NCBI GenBank assembly: GCA_963701965.1
Contig: OY969695.1
Coordinates: forward strand, 1,312,001-1,376,000
Length of the DNA stretch: 64,000 bases
From: an uncultured Gemmatimonadales bacterium
Lineage (GTDB): Bacteria > Gemmatimonadota > Gemmatimonadetes > Gemmatimonadales > Gemmatimonadaceae
Direction: 5' to 3'
Shown: positions 41,121 to 49,545 of the stretch, piece by piece
Layout of the letters: each line of letters begins with the position of its first letter
How positions within the stretch are numbered: position 1 is the first letter of the stretch
Program-made: the position numbers and the translations under genes
Notes under the pieces: model-generated
The model's database searches: none
Told to the model about the DNA's origin: nothing
The model's input: the letters and a program-made list of their open reading frames with translations, nothing else

Positions 41121-41273
41121 CTAGACGACGGGGCGCCGGCCCTGGATCAGACGAATGAGCAGCACGATCACCGCGGCGACCAACAGCAGATGAATCAGTG
41201 CACCCGCCGCGTGAAAGACGCCGAATCCGAGCAACCACAGGATGAACAGGATTACGGCTATGGTCCACAACAT
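41121..41273 (-). CDS. lmo0937-family (DUF5670) small membrane protein
   Basis: MLWTIAVILFILWLLGFGVFHAAGALIHLLLVAAVIVLLIRLIQGRRPVV; GGAG Shine-Dalgarno. Confidence 0.85.
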   Translation of the reverse strand: MLWTIAVILFILWLLGFGVFHAAGALIHLLLVAAVIVLLIRLIQGRRPVV

Positions 41274-41306
41274 GCGAACGCTCCGTGGATGAGTGATCGC
41301 ATGAAA

Positions 41307-41323
41307 GGCAACAGTCGTGCCGA
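41307..41323 (-). promoter_or_regulatory. Sigma-54 (-24/-12) promoter for the lmo0937-family gene
   Basis: Minus strand reads tCGGCACG-ACTG-TTGCc, matching TGGCACG-N4-TTGC with exact GG-N10-GC spacing. Confidence 0.7.
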
Positions 41324-41333
41324 CGGAGGAATC

Positions 41334-41570
41334 ATGGCAGACGACGATCTGACCGAAGACGGGCTCGAGAACTCGATCAAGGGCACCGGGAAAGAGGCCA
41401 TAGGCAAAGCCGAAGATGCGGCGGGCGGCCTCACGGGAGACTCGAAGCTGCAAGCGGAAGGCAAGATGGATCAGTTGAAGGGCAAGGTGCAGAACGCGTT
41501 CGGCAAGATGGAGCGCGCGATCGACGAGACGTTGCATCACAAGAAAGAGCCGCCGGACGACGAGCTCTAG
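41334..41570 (+). CDS. CsbD-family stress protein
   Basis: KGTGKEAIGKAEDAAGGLTGDSKLQAEGKMDQLKGKVQ; GGAGG Shine-Dalgarno. Confidence 0.88.
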   Translation: MADDDLTEDGLENSIKGTGKEAIGKAEDAAGGLTGDSKLQAEGKMDQLKGKVQNAFGKMERAIDETLHHKKEPPDDEL

Positions 41571-41611
41571 CGCCCGCTCGTAGCGCCCGCGCTTAGCGCT
41601 CGCGCTTAGCG
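41568..41611. repeat. 13-bp tandem repeat (~3.4 copies) between convergent stop codons
   Basis: tagcgcccgctcg / tagcgcccgcgct / tagcgctcgcgct / tagcg. Confidence 0.75.
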
Positions 41612-42223
41612 AAAAGTCGCGATCCGGTCCACCGCGTGGCGGTGCTTGGGTTGACCATCCTCTTCACCGATGCCGATGGCCACCAACGCAGGCACCGTCA
41701 CGTGCGCCGGGAGCGCCAGGAGTGCTTTGACCTCCGCCACTTTGAATCCCAGCATCGGCGACGTGGAATAGCCCAGCGATTCGGCGGCGAGCAACAGATA
41801 CCCAAGAGCGATGTAGGTGATACCGTGTGCCCAGGCGGCGCGCTGCTCGGCGGTCATCCCGCCGAAGTGCTTCCGCACGTTCGCGTAAGATTTCTCGCGC
41901 CGCTCGGGCAATGCCGACGGGTGAATCGTTTCGTCGAGGTGCGCCAGGACATCTTCGATGTCCGAGTAGAGCACGACGACGGCCGGCGCGCTGGCGACCT
42001 GTTTTTGCCCGTTGGCCGCGGCGGCGAGTTGCGCCTTGAGCGCCGGCTCGCGCACCACGACCGCGCGCCAGGGTTGGACATTCCACGCCGACGGGGCCTC
42101 GCCGACGATCCGCAGGATGTCGCGTAGATCGGATTCAGGGACGGGATCGGCGGTGTAGCGGCGGATCGACCGGCGTTGGTCGGCGGCTTCGCGGACCGTG
42201 AGCTCGTGTGCGAGTCTGGGCAT
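41606..42223 (-). CDS. Nitroreductase-family protein
   Basis: RRSIRRY, APSAWNVQPW, LAAESLGYSTSPMLGF. Confidence 0.92.
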   Translation of the reverse strand: MPRLAHELTVREAADQRRSIRRYTADPVPESDLRDILRIVGEAPSAWNVQPWRAVVVREPALKAQLAAAANGQKQVASAPAVVVLYSDIEDVLAHLDETIHPSALPERREKSYANVRKHFGGMTAEQRAAWAHGITYIALGYLLLAAESLGYSTSPMLGFKVAEVKALLALPAHVTVPALVAIGIGEEDGQPKHRHAVDRIATFR

Positions 42224-42263
42224 TGGCAGAGCCTGCTAGTGAACTGTCTGCCAATGCACTATA
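42220..42263. promoter_or_regulatory. Inverted repeats over the nitroreductase start and promoter
   Basis: GCATTGGCAGA-N16-TCTGCCAATGC (42220-42257), overlapping TAGTG...CACTA dyad, and minus-strand TATAGT at 42258-42263. Confidence 0.55.
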
Positions 42264-42275
42264 TGTGTCGGCGAA

Positions 42276-42491
42276 TTACTTGAACAGCCCACCGAAGTGT
42301 TGTTTGAACTTCTGCTCCACGTCGGCGATCGTCCCCTGAAAATTGCCCGACAGCATCTCGTCAATGTGCGCCGAGACGGGAGCCGGCAGGCGGGATTTGA
42401 TTTGGGTCACGACCGTGTCGACCGCCTGATGCGCTTTTTCGGGAGTAATGCCGGTCCGCGCCTGCACCTTCTGGATCAAATCGTCGAGCAC
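42276..42491 (-). CDS. Small hypothetical protein (DUF2267-like helical)
   Basis: VLDDLIQKVQARTGITPEKAHQAVDTVVTQIKSRLP; GGAGG before the GTG. Confidence 0.7.
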   Translation of the reverse strand: MLDDLIQKVQARTGITPEKAHQAVDTVVTQIKSRLPAPVSAHIDEMLSGNFQGTIADVEQKFKQHFGGLFK

Positions 42492-42608
42492 GACGCCTCC
42501 ACCGCGAGTGCGAGCAGTTGTGAAAAGACATTCGGGGACTGAACGTTCCCAAGGTTCCCATGGCCAGGCCCGGTTGTCCAGCCCACCCTCTTCCGTCGGA
42601 GACCGATC

Positions 42609-43061
42609 GTGTGGAATGACTTCAAGGCGTTCATCATGCGCGGCAACGTGGTCGACCTGGCGGTCGGAGTCATCATCGGCGCGGCATTCGGCGCGATCGT
42701 GAAGTCGCTGGTCGATGATGTGCTCATGCCGCCGCTCGGTCTGGCCACGGGGGGACTCGACTTCTCGAACAAGTTCGTCGTCCTCAAGGAGGGCGCGAAA
42801 CACGCCGCGCCCTATATCTCGCTGGCCGACGCCAAGGACGCGGGCGCCGTGACGATGGCCTACGGGTTGTTCATCAATCAGATCGTCTCGTTTCTCATCG
42901 TGGCCTTCTGCGTGTTCCTGCTGGTCCGCGCCGTGGCCAAGCTGCACCACGCCAAGGCGGCGCCGCCGGCAACCAAGGCGTGCACGTACTGCGCGACGCA
43001 GATCCCGATCCCGGCCACGCGCTGCCCGAACTGCACGTCGCAGCTCGCGGTCAGCGGTTGA
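42609..43061 (+). CDS. mscL: Large-conductance mechanosensitive channel with C-terminal zinc ribbon
   Basis: [41 protein letters not shown]-terminal CTYC...CPNC. Confidence 0.95.
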   Translation: MWNDFKAFIMRGNVVDLAVGVIIGAAFGAIVKSLVDDVLMPPLGLATGGLDFSNKFVVLKEGAKHAAPYISLADAKDAGAVTMAYGLFINQIVSFLIVAFCVFLLVRAVAKLHHAKAAPPATKACTYCATQIPIPATRCPNCTSQLAVSG

Positions 43062-44031
43062 CCATGGCCATCTGCGGCGCGGCGTAGCGGGTGCCGGCGA
43101 CGGGCTGCTGACCCAGCGCCGATTCGATCGATTGCCACTCGTCGGCGGTGAGGACAATGTCCGGGGCGCCGAGGGCTTCGCTGAGTTGGTCTCGGCGCCG
43201 TGCGCCGATAAGAGGGATGACGTCCGCACCGCGTGAAAGCACCCAGGCAAAGGCCAGCTGCGTCGGTGTGACGCCGTGGGCATTGGCCGAGGCGCGGAGC
43301 GCCTCGACGACGCGCATGTTCTGATCGAGGTTCGGCCCCGTGAACCGGGGGAGGTGGGTGCGATAGTCGCCTGGCGCAAACACGGACGGGCTCGCGCTGG
43401 TCCGGCTCAGCAGGCCGCGGCTCAGCACGCCGTAGGCGACGAGTGAGATGCCGAGCTCGCGCAGCGTGGGGAGTACCTGGGCCTCGATGTCGCGATCGAC
43501 GAGCGAGTACTCGACCTCGAGCGCCGCGATCGGGTGAATGGCGACGGCGCGGCGCACGGTGTCCACGGCGGCCTCGGAAAGGCCAATGTGGCGGACGTAT
43601 CCGGCGCGCACGAGATCGGCGATCGCGCCGACGGTTTCCTCGATCGGCACATTGGGGTCGACCCGGGCCGGCTGGTACAGATCGACGTAGTCGGTGCCCA
43701 GTCGTTTGAGGGTGTAGGCCAGCGACGCCTTCGTTGCTTCGGGCCGGGCATTGAATCCGAGCCACGCCCCGGCCGGATCGCGCAGGGCGCCGAACTTGAC
43801 GGAGATGAAGGCCTGCGGGCGGCGGCCGCGGATGCCCTCCCGGACCAACAACTCGTTGTGGCCCATCCCGTAGAAATCGCCGGTGTTGAGCAGGGTCACG
43901 CCGGCGTCGAGGGCGGCGCGGATGGTGGCGACGCTCTCGGCGTCGTCCGCGAGGCCATACGTACCCGACATCCCCATGCAGCCGAGGCCGAGGATGGACA
44001 CGGTTTCGCCGCCGATCGTAGTTGTTCTCAT
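43051..44031 (-). CDS. Aldo/keto reductase
   Basis: [43 protein letters not shown]. Confidence 0.93.
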   Translation of the reverse strand: MRTTTIGGETVSILGLGCMGMSGTYGLADDAESVATIRAALDAGVTLLNTGDFYGMGHNELLVREGIRGRRPQAFISVKFGALRDPAGAWLGFNARPEATKASLAYTLKRLGTDYVDLYQPARVDPNVPIEETVGAIADLVRAGYVRHIGLSEAAVDTVRRAVAIHPIAALEVEYSLVDRDIEAQVLPTLRELGISLVAYGVLSRGLLSRTSASPSVFAPGDYRTHLPRFTGPNLDQNMRVVEALRASANAHGVTPTQLAFAWVLSRGADVIPLIGARRRDQLSEALGAPDIVLTADEWQSIESALGQQPVAGTRYAAPQMAMVNR

Positions 44032-44058
44032 ATGGGTAGAACGCACCCACCGGCGCAA

Positions 44059-44112
44059 TGTTGACACTATCAACACCAACGTCTTGACAAGATATTTTGT
44101 CTAGACTAGCAT
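44059..44112. promoter_or_regulatory. Divergent promoter region with two dyads and a sigma70 promoter
   Basis: TGTTGA-N5-TCAACA (44059-44075); GACAA-N6-TTGTC (44086-44101); TTGACA(44084)-17 bp-TAGCAT(44107), with ATG 7 nt downstream. Confidence 0.75.
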
Positions 44113-44119
44113 CTTGGTC

Positions 44120-44725
44120 ATGGCGACTGCTGCTCTAGAAGTCATCGAGGATCCGGACCGGGCTGCGTCGATCCTCCATCCGATCCGACGGCGGCTTCTC
44201 GACGCCCTGCACGAGCCGGACTCGGCCGCCGGCCTGGCCCGGAAGCTGGGCCTGCCGCGCCAGGCGGTGACGTACCATGTCCGCCAGCTCGAGGCCGATG
44301 GCCTGGTCTCCTTCGTCGCCGAACGCCGGAAACGCAACTGCGTCGAACGCGTGGTCGAGGCCACGGCGCGCACGTACGTCATCTCCCCCGCCGCGCTCGG
44401 GGTCCTCGGCGCCGATCCGAGTCGGGTCGCCGACCGGTTCTCGTCGGCCTACCAGATCGCGGTCGCGTCACGCCTGATCGGCGACGTCACGACGCTTCGC
44501 CGCCGGGCCACGGCCGCCAACAAGCGCCTGGCGACCCTCACGCTCGAGACCCAGGTGCGATTCGAGACGCCCGCCGACCAGCACGCGTTCGCCGCGGAGC
44601 TTACCGACGCGCTGGCGCAACTGGCGCGGAAGTATCACCGCGCCAATGCCGTCGGAGGCCGCACGTTCACCGTCGTCGTCGCCGGCCACCCGACCGTCGA
44701 CGCCACATCAGGAGCATCCGTATGA
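44120..44725 (+). CDS. ArsR-like winged-HTH transcriptional regulator
   Basis: LHPIRRRLLDAL...SAAGLARKLGLPRQAVTYHVRQLEADGLV. Confidence 0.85.
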   Translation: MATAALEVIEDPDRAASILHPIRRRLLDALHEPDSAAGLARKLGLPRQAVTYHVRQLEADGLVSFVAERRKRNCVERVVEATARTYVISPAALGVLGADPSRVADRFSSAYQIAVASRLIGDVTTLRRRATAANKRLATLTLETQVRFETPADQHAFAAELTDALAQLARKYHRANAVGGRTFTVVVAGHPTVDATSGASV

Positions 44726-45540
44726 GCCAGACCCGCTCAGCCGAGTATGTCGTCCCGATCGCCGCGCCGCCGGAGGTCGTGTGGAAGGCGCTCACCGATC
44801 CGCGGGAGCTCACCCGCTGGTTTCCGCTCACGGCCCAGGTCACGCCGGGCACCGGAGGCGAGATGCGGCTCCGATGGGGTGACCAATCCGGCGACGACAT
44901 GCCGATCCTGGTTTGGGAGCCGGCGCGGCATCTCTCGGTCGGCATGGCCAAACCGCCGGAATCCGTGCGCAACGGCGACGAGCCGCACGTCGTCACGGAC
45001 TTCCGGCTCGAGGAGACCGGCGGATCGACGGTGCTGCGCGTCGTCGCCCACGGGTTCGATCCGGACGCGAAATGGGATGATTTCTTCAACGGCATCCGCC
45101 GTGGGTGGCGCTACGAGCTGCAAAGTCTCCGGCATTACCTGGAGCATCACCGCTCGCAAGACCGCGCCGTGGCGTGGGTGCGGACGCCGATCGCCGTGAG
45201 CGCCGAGCGCGCCTGGGCGACGCTGTTCGGCTCCGGTGGCTGGAGGGCCGACGCGCCGATCGAGCGCGCGCGGCGCGACGATCGGTACTCGGTCACGGCG
45301 CCGGACGGCACGGTCATCACGGGCACCGTCGTCATCGCCGAGCACCCGCGCGACTTCACGGGCACCGCGGAGGGCGCTGACCTCAACAACGCGTTCCTGC
45401 GGATGCAGGTCGACGCGGTCGGAGGGCGCCTCGAGCTCAGCCTGTGGCTCGAAGCGTGGGGCGTGGAGCCGACGCGGTTGGCGGCGCTCCAAACCGCGTG
45501 GCAGCCGGCGCTCTCACGGTTGTTTGCCCGGGCGGCGTAG
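44722..45540 (+). CDS. SRPBCC/AHSA1 double-domain protein
   Basis: IAAPPEVVWKALTDPRELTRWF...GWRYELQSLRHYLE, followed by a second degenerate copy. Confidence 0.85.
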   Translation: MSQTRSAEYVVPIAAPPEVVWKALTDPRELTRWFPLTAQVTPGTGGEMRLRWGDQSGDDMPILVWEPARHLSVGMAKPPESVRNGDEPHVVTDFRLEETGGSTVLRVVAHGFDPDAKWDDFFNGIRRGWRYELQSLRHYLEHHRSQDRAVAWVRTPIAVSAERAWATLFGSGGWRADAPIERARRDDRYSVTAPDGTVITGTVVIAEHPRDFTGTAEGADLNNAFLRMQVDAVGGRLELSLWLEAWGVEPTRLAALQTAWQPALSRLFARAA

Positions 45541-45588
45541 CGGCGGCGCTTGTCAGGCGGCCCGTCGATTCCTACCTTCGACGGGCCG

Positions 45589-48354
45589 ATGTTGCGATTG
45601 CATCTTCTTGGGCCACTGGAACTTGGGCGGAACGAGGACGACCTCGGCGCCGTGCTTGCGCAGCCGAAACGGTTCGCGTTGCTCGCCTACCTGGCGACTG
45701 GCGCGACCGGCTTTCAGCGACGCGACACGCTCCTCGCCGTGTTCTGGCCCGAGCTCGATCAGTTCGCGGCGCGGCGTGCCCTGCGGAATACGCTGTACCA
45801 ACTCCGGCGCGCGTTGGGCGATGACGTCTTCGTCACCCGGGGTGACGACGAGGTCATGATCGATCGCGCCAAGCTCTGGTGCGATGCCTGGGCGCTGCGC
45901 GAAGCGGTAGGTGAGCGGCGATATGACGAGGCCATCGCCCTGTATCGCGGCGAGCTCATGGAAGGGTTTCACGTGAGCAACGTCGGCGAAGCGTTCGAGG
46001 CGTGGCTCGCCCGGGAGCGCGCCCAGGCGCTCGACGTGACCCTGCGCGCGCTGGGTGCCATCGTCGAGCAGCACCAACGCGACGGGCATCACGCCGCCGC
46101 GGCGCGCGCCGCGATGCGGGCGACGGAGTTGGCGCCGTTCGACGAGAGTTGGCTCCGGCGCGCGGCGCTTGCGCTCGAAGCGAGCGGTGATCGCGCTGGG
46201 GCCCTGCGCGCCTGCGACGCGTTCGCGCGTCGCCTCGCGACGGAGCTCGACGTAAAGCCGGGTGCCGAGATTCGCGCGGTCGTGGAGCGGCTGCGCGCGG
46301 AGGGCTCGGCGGCTGTCGCCGCCTCGCCCCCGCGTCCCCCGCACGCCGACGCCACGCCGCGCGTGCTGCCCAATGGCTCCCCTGGCGCGATCTCCAACGC
46401 GGCGCCTACAGCGCCTATCGGTGCAATGGCCAGTGCGCCGTCTAGTACGACGCCCAATGTGCCGCCTCGTGCGACGCCCAATGCGCCGTCTACTGCGCCC
46501 CCCAACGCGACGCCCGTTGCACCGGCCAGTACGACGCCCGCTGCGCCGCCGCCAATGGACGGATCACCTGCGGCGCTCACGCCGCCATCGCCACCGGCCG
46601 GACGGCGCGGGCCGAAGGCCTGGCGCCGCTCTTGGCTGGGGATGGCGGCCCTCTGCCTGCTCGCGCTGACTGCCGTCGCGTTCTGGCCCCGCCCACGCAA
46701 CGCAACCCACGAACGCCACCGGGTTTTAGTCACGCTGTTCGAAAACCGCACCGGCGACCCCAAGCTCGATCCATTGAGCGACATGGCGGTCGACTGGATC
46801 ACCCGTGGCCTCTTACAGACGCGCCTCGTCGACGTCGTCGACCCGCGCGTGCTCTACGCCCGCGCCCACGGCACGGCCCCGTCCAACCCGGAGCAGTTAG
46901 CCCACCGCAACGGCGCCGGCACCGTGATCACGGGGAGCTACTACCGCTCCGGCGACAGCCTCCTCTTCATCGCCAACATCACCAATGCCAACGGCGAAGT
47001 GCTCCGCAGCATCGGCCCCCTCGCGGCCAGCATATCGCGCCCAGTCGACGGCATCGAGTCGACGCGCTCCCGCGTCATGACATCGCTGACCTTGCTGTTC
47101 GACCCCCGCACGCGAGCCCACGCCAGCCCGGCGACGACGCCGCCGCCGTTCGAGGCGTACCAGCCGTACCTCGAGGCCCAAGACATGTTCTGGCTCGGCC
47201 ACGCCGCCCGCGCCGAGTCGCTGGACGCGGTAGCGTGGCACCGCGACACGTCGTTCAGCGCCGCCGCGATCGCCTTGGCCGCGGCCGCCGCGCGCTTGGC
47301 CGACTGCGCCCGCGTGGACTCGATCGACGCGGCGCTCAGCGCCAGCCGGTCCCTGGAGACGCTCGACCGTCTGAATCTCAAGATCGCCGTGGCCCACTGC
47401 CACGGCCGCAACGATGAGATGCTCCGGCTCGCCGTGGAGCGCGCCCACAGTGTCCCAGTCACGTCGCCTTTGCAGGTCTCGACCGCCGGCGCGGCCCTCT
47501 GGGCCAATCACCCAGCCGTCGCCGTGGCGATCCTCGAGCGGCTCGACCCACGGGTCGATCTCGATTGGATGCCCTCACCCGACCTCGTCGATTTCTACAA
47601 CGACATCGACGAGGGGTATCATCTCCTCGGCCGACACGACGATGAGCTCGCACAGGCGAACCACAGCGGCCCCTTCCTGCACGGGATGCTCGAACGGGGC
47701 CGCGCCTTGGCCGCGCTCGGCCGGTCCGCCGACGCGCTGCGGACGCTGGACACCGCCTTCACACTGCCGCCGGAAGACGACCTGTCCGGCGGCATGGCCC
47801 CCAACATGGACGGTCGGACGCAGTACGCGGGATCGGCGGCCTGGGTCGGCCTGTGGCTGGCGCGGGAGCTCGCCGTGCACGGCGATTCGCTCGCCGCCCG
47901 CACGGCCGCGGCCCGCACCGTGTCCTGGCTCGACAATCTGCCGTTGGCCGAGCATCGCGCGCCCGAGGTGCGCCTCTTCAAAGCGGAGCTGCTGGAGCAG
48001 ACGGGCGCGCTCGCCGACGCGGAGGACTTGGCGCGGGGACTCGTGCGCGACGACCCGGCCGAGATCGACTATCGCGGCATCCTGGCCGGCCTCGCGGCCG
48101 CCCGCGGCGACACGGCGCTGGTCGACCAACTCGACGCCTGGCTCGCGGCTGTGCCGCCCAGCCGGGCCAGTTGGGGCGCCTCGTACTATCGCGCCCGCGC
48201 CGCGGCCCGCCTCGGCCGGCAGGACCGGGCAGTCGCCTTGGTGCGGGAAACACTCGCGGCCGGCGCATGGCCAATGTGGCTGCATATCGATCCCCTGCTC
48301 CACCCCCTCACCAACCGGCCGGACTACATCGCGCTGACCAAGCCGCGCGGATAA
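45589..48354 (+). CDS. SARP/BTAD DNA-binding regulator with TM segment, TolB-like and TPR domains
   Basis: LHLLGPL, QPKRFALLAYL, RRDTLLAVFWPE, ALYRGELMEGF, APFDE; Pro-rich linker, TM, VTLFENRTGD, TPR-like helices. Confidence 0.85.
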   Translation: MLRLHLLGPLELGRNEDDLGAVLAQPKRFALLAYLATGATGFQRRDTLLAVFWPELDQFAARRALRNTLYQLRRALGDDVFVTRGDDEVMIDRAKLWCDAWALREAVGERRYDEAIALYRGELMEGFHVSNVGEAFEAWLARERAQALDVTLRALGAIVEQHQRDGHHAAAARAAMRATELAPFDESWLRRAALALEASGDRAGALRACDAFARRLATELDVKPGAEIRAVVERLRAEGSAAVAASPPRPPHADATPRVLPNGSPGAISNAAPTAPIGAMASAPSSTTPNVPPRATPNAPSTAPPNATPVAPASTTPAAPPPMDGSPAALTPPSPPAGRRGPKAWRRSWLGMAALCLLALTAVAFWPRPRNATHERHRVLVTLFENRTGDPKLDPLSDMAVDWITRGLLQTRLVDVVDPRVLYARAHGTAPSNPEQLAHRNGAGTVITGSYYRSGDSLLFIANITNANGEVLRSIGPLAASISRPVDGIESTRSRVMTSLTLLFDPRTRAHASPATTPPPFEAYQPYLEAQDMFWLGHAARAESLDAVAWHRDTSFSAAAIALAAAAARLADCARVDSIDAALSASRSLETLDRLNLKIAVAHCHGRNDEMLRLAVERAHSVPVTSPLQVSTAGAALWANHPAVAVAILERLDPRVDLDWMPSPDLVDFYNDIDEGYHLLGRHDDELAQANHSGPFLHGMLERGRALAALGRSADALRTLDTAFTLPPEDDLSGGMAPNMDGRTQYAGSAAWVGLWLARELAVHGDSLAARTAAARTVSWLDNLPLAEHRAPEVRLFKAELLEQTGALADAEDLARGLVRDDPAEIDYRGILAGLAAARGDTALVDQLDAWLAAVPPSRASWGASYYRARAAARLGRQDRAVALVRETLAAGAWPMWLHIDPLLHPLTNRPDYIALTKPRG
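46385..46555 (+). repeat. Degenerate 12-bp coding tandem repeat (4-aa period)
   Basis: Units gcgacgcccaat, gcgccgtctact, gcgccccccaac, gcgacgcccgtt, gcaccggccagt, acgacgcccgct encode ATPN/APST/APPN/ATPV/APAS/TTPA. Confidence 0.7.
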
Positions 48355-48439
48355 AAGACGGCCGGGCGACGGCCGCTTGGACAGCCGAGAGACATCGGGC
48401 CAGTAGTCTGTTCGCGTCACCGCACCGGGAGACCCGAAC

Positions 48440-49508
48440 ATGCGCCCGATTCTCGTCATTGCCCTCGTCGTCGCTGCGTGTACGACCAACCAGCAGACGG
48501 CCGCGAACGACCCCTGCGTCTATCTGGCCCCCACCGAAGCGGAGCCCTACGTGGGACCGCTGGCCACGCCACCCTATCGGTTCAACGGCAGCGCTCCAGA
48601 TCCCCAGGGCGAGACCTGCGTCTACCGCGGCCGCGATGGCCGCAGCATCACCGTCGAAGGGCTAGCACGGCGGAGCCAGCAGCGGCATGGCGGCGGCGCA
48701 AAAAGCCACACAGCTAGTGGGCCAAGCCCTGCAAAAGGCCGGCGACCAGCAGTTGGCTGGTATGGCCGACAGAGTCATGCCCAAAGGGCCACCTGGCCCG
48801 TGGGACAACTCGATCTGGAGTCCCATCGGGACTCTCATCGTGGCCAAAGGCGAAAACGGACTGATGATCAATGTGAGCGCATCGAGCGCGGGAAAGACCG
48901 GGGCCTTTGACCTCGCGACGAAAGCGGTCCCGCGGCTCTCCCAGCCGTTGGAGTACGACGGAGCCAAGGCGGCGACCCTGGCGCCCAAACCGCACCTCGC
49001 GTTGGCCAACCCGTGCGATCTCATTCCGCGGGCCAAGGTCGAACAAGCGCTCGGCGGACTGTCGGGCGCGCCGCAGAAAGACCCGGCCGGAGGGACCTGT
49101 ACGTACAGCATCGCGACGTCCGATGGTCCCGAGGTCTATCCGATGAGCATTCAGTGGACCGACGGGTACCGGGCCTACGCCAGGGTTGCGCACAGTCCAG
49201 CCACGGTGTCGGAAGCGATGGGCGGCGGACTGCCGATGGGCGGGAACATGCCCGCCCTTCCGCCGGACGCGCAGAAAATGCTGGGCAAGTTCATGGGCGC
49301 GACGGTTGGGGTGTCGCCGCACTCCTCCGTCGTCACGCACGGCATGGCCCACGACACGACGTTGACGGGACCATGGGATGCGGGCGGTGTGCTCTTGGGC
49401 ACCACCATGGCCGTCACGTGTCACGATGTCATGGTCGCGATCGCGCTCCAGAAAGCCGACTACGACAAATCCAAGGCCCTGCTGGGCGCCGCATGCCGCA
49501 GCCTCTGA
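48440..49508 (+). CDS. Lipoprotein with two repeated Cys-containing domains, frameshifted at ~48660
   Basis: VAAC lipobox; repeats NDPC...TCVY / NPC...TCTY and two GPWD motifs; halves lie in ORFs 48440 and 48687. Confidence 0.65.
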
Positions 49509-49545
49509 ACACCATCACGATCGTGGTGCTGCAGGCAGCGCCAGT

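Noticed and set aside
42500..42570. ECF-sigma promoter (tandem GGAAC, minus strand) upstream of the small 42276-42491 gene
   Set aside because: A plausible -35 but the -10 and spacing are ambiguous; cannot be supported without the cognate sigma motif.
48650..48690. Two separate genes at 48440 and 48687
   Set aside because: The domain duplication spans the junction and the tail of the first ORF is not protein-like. Treated as one frameshifted gene.
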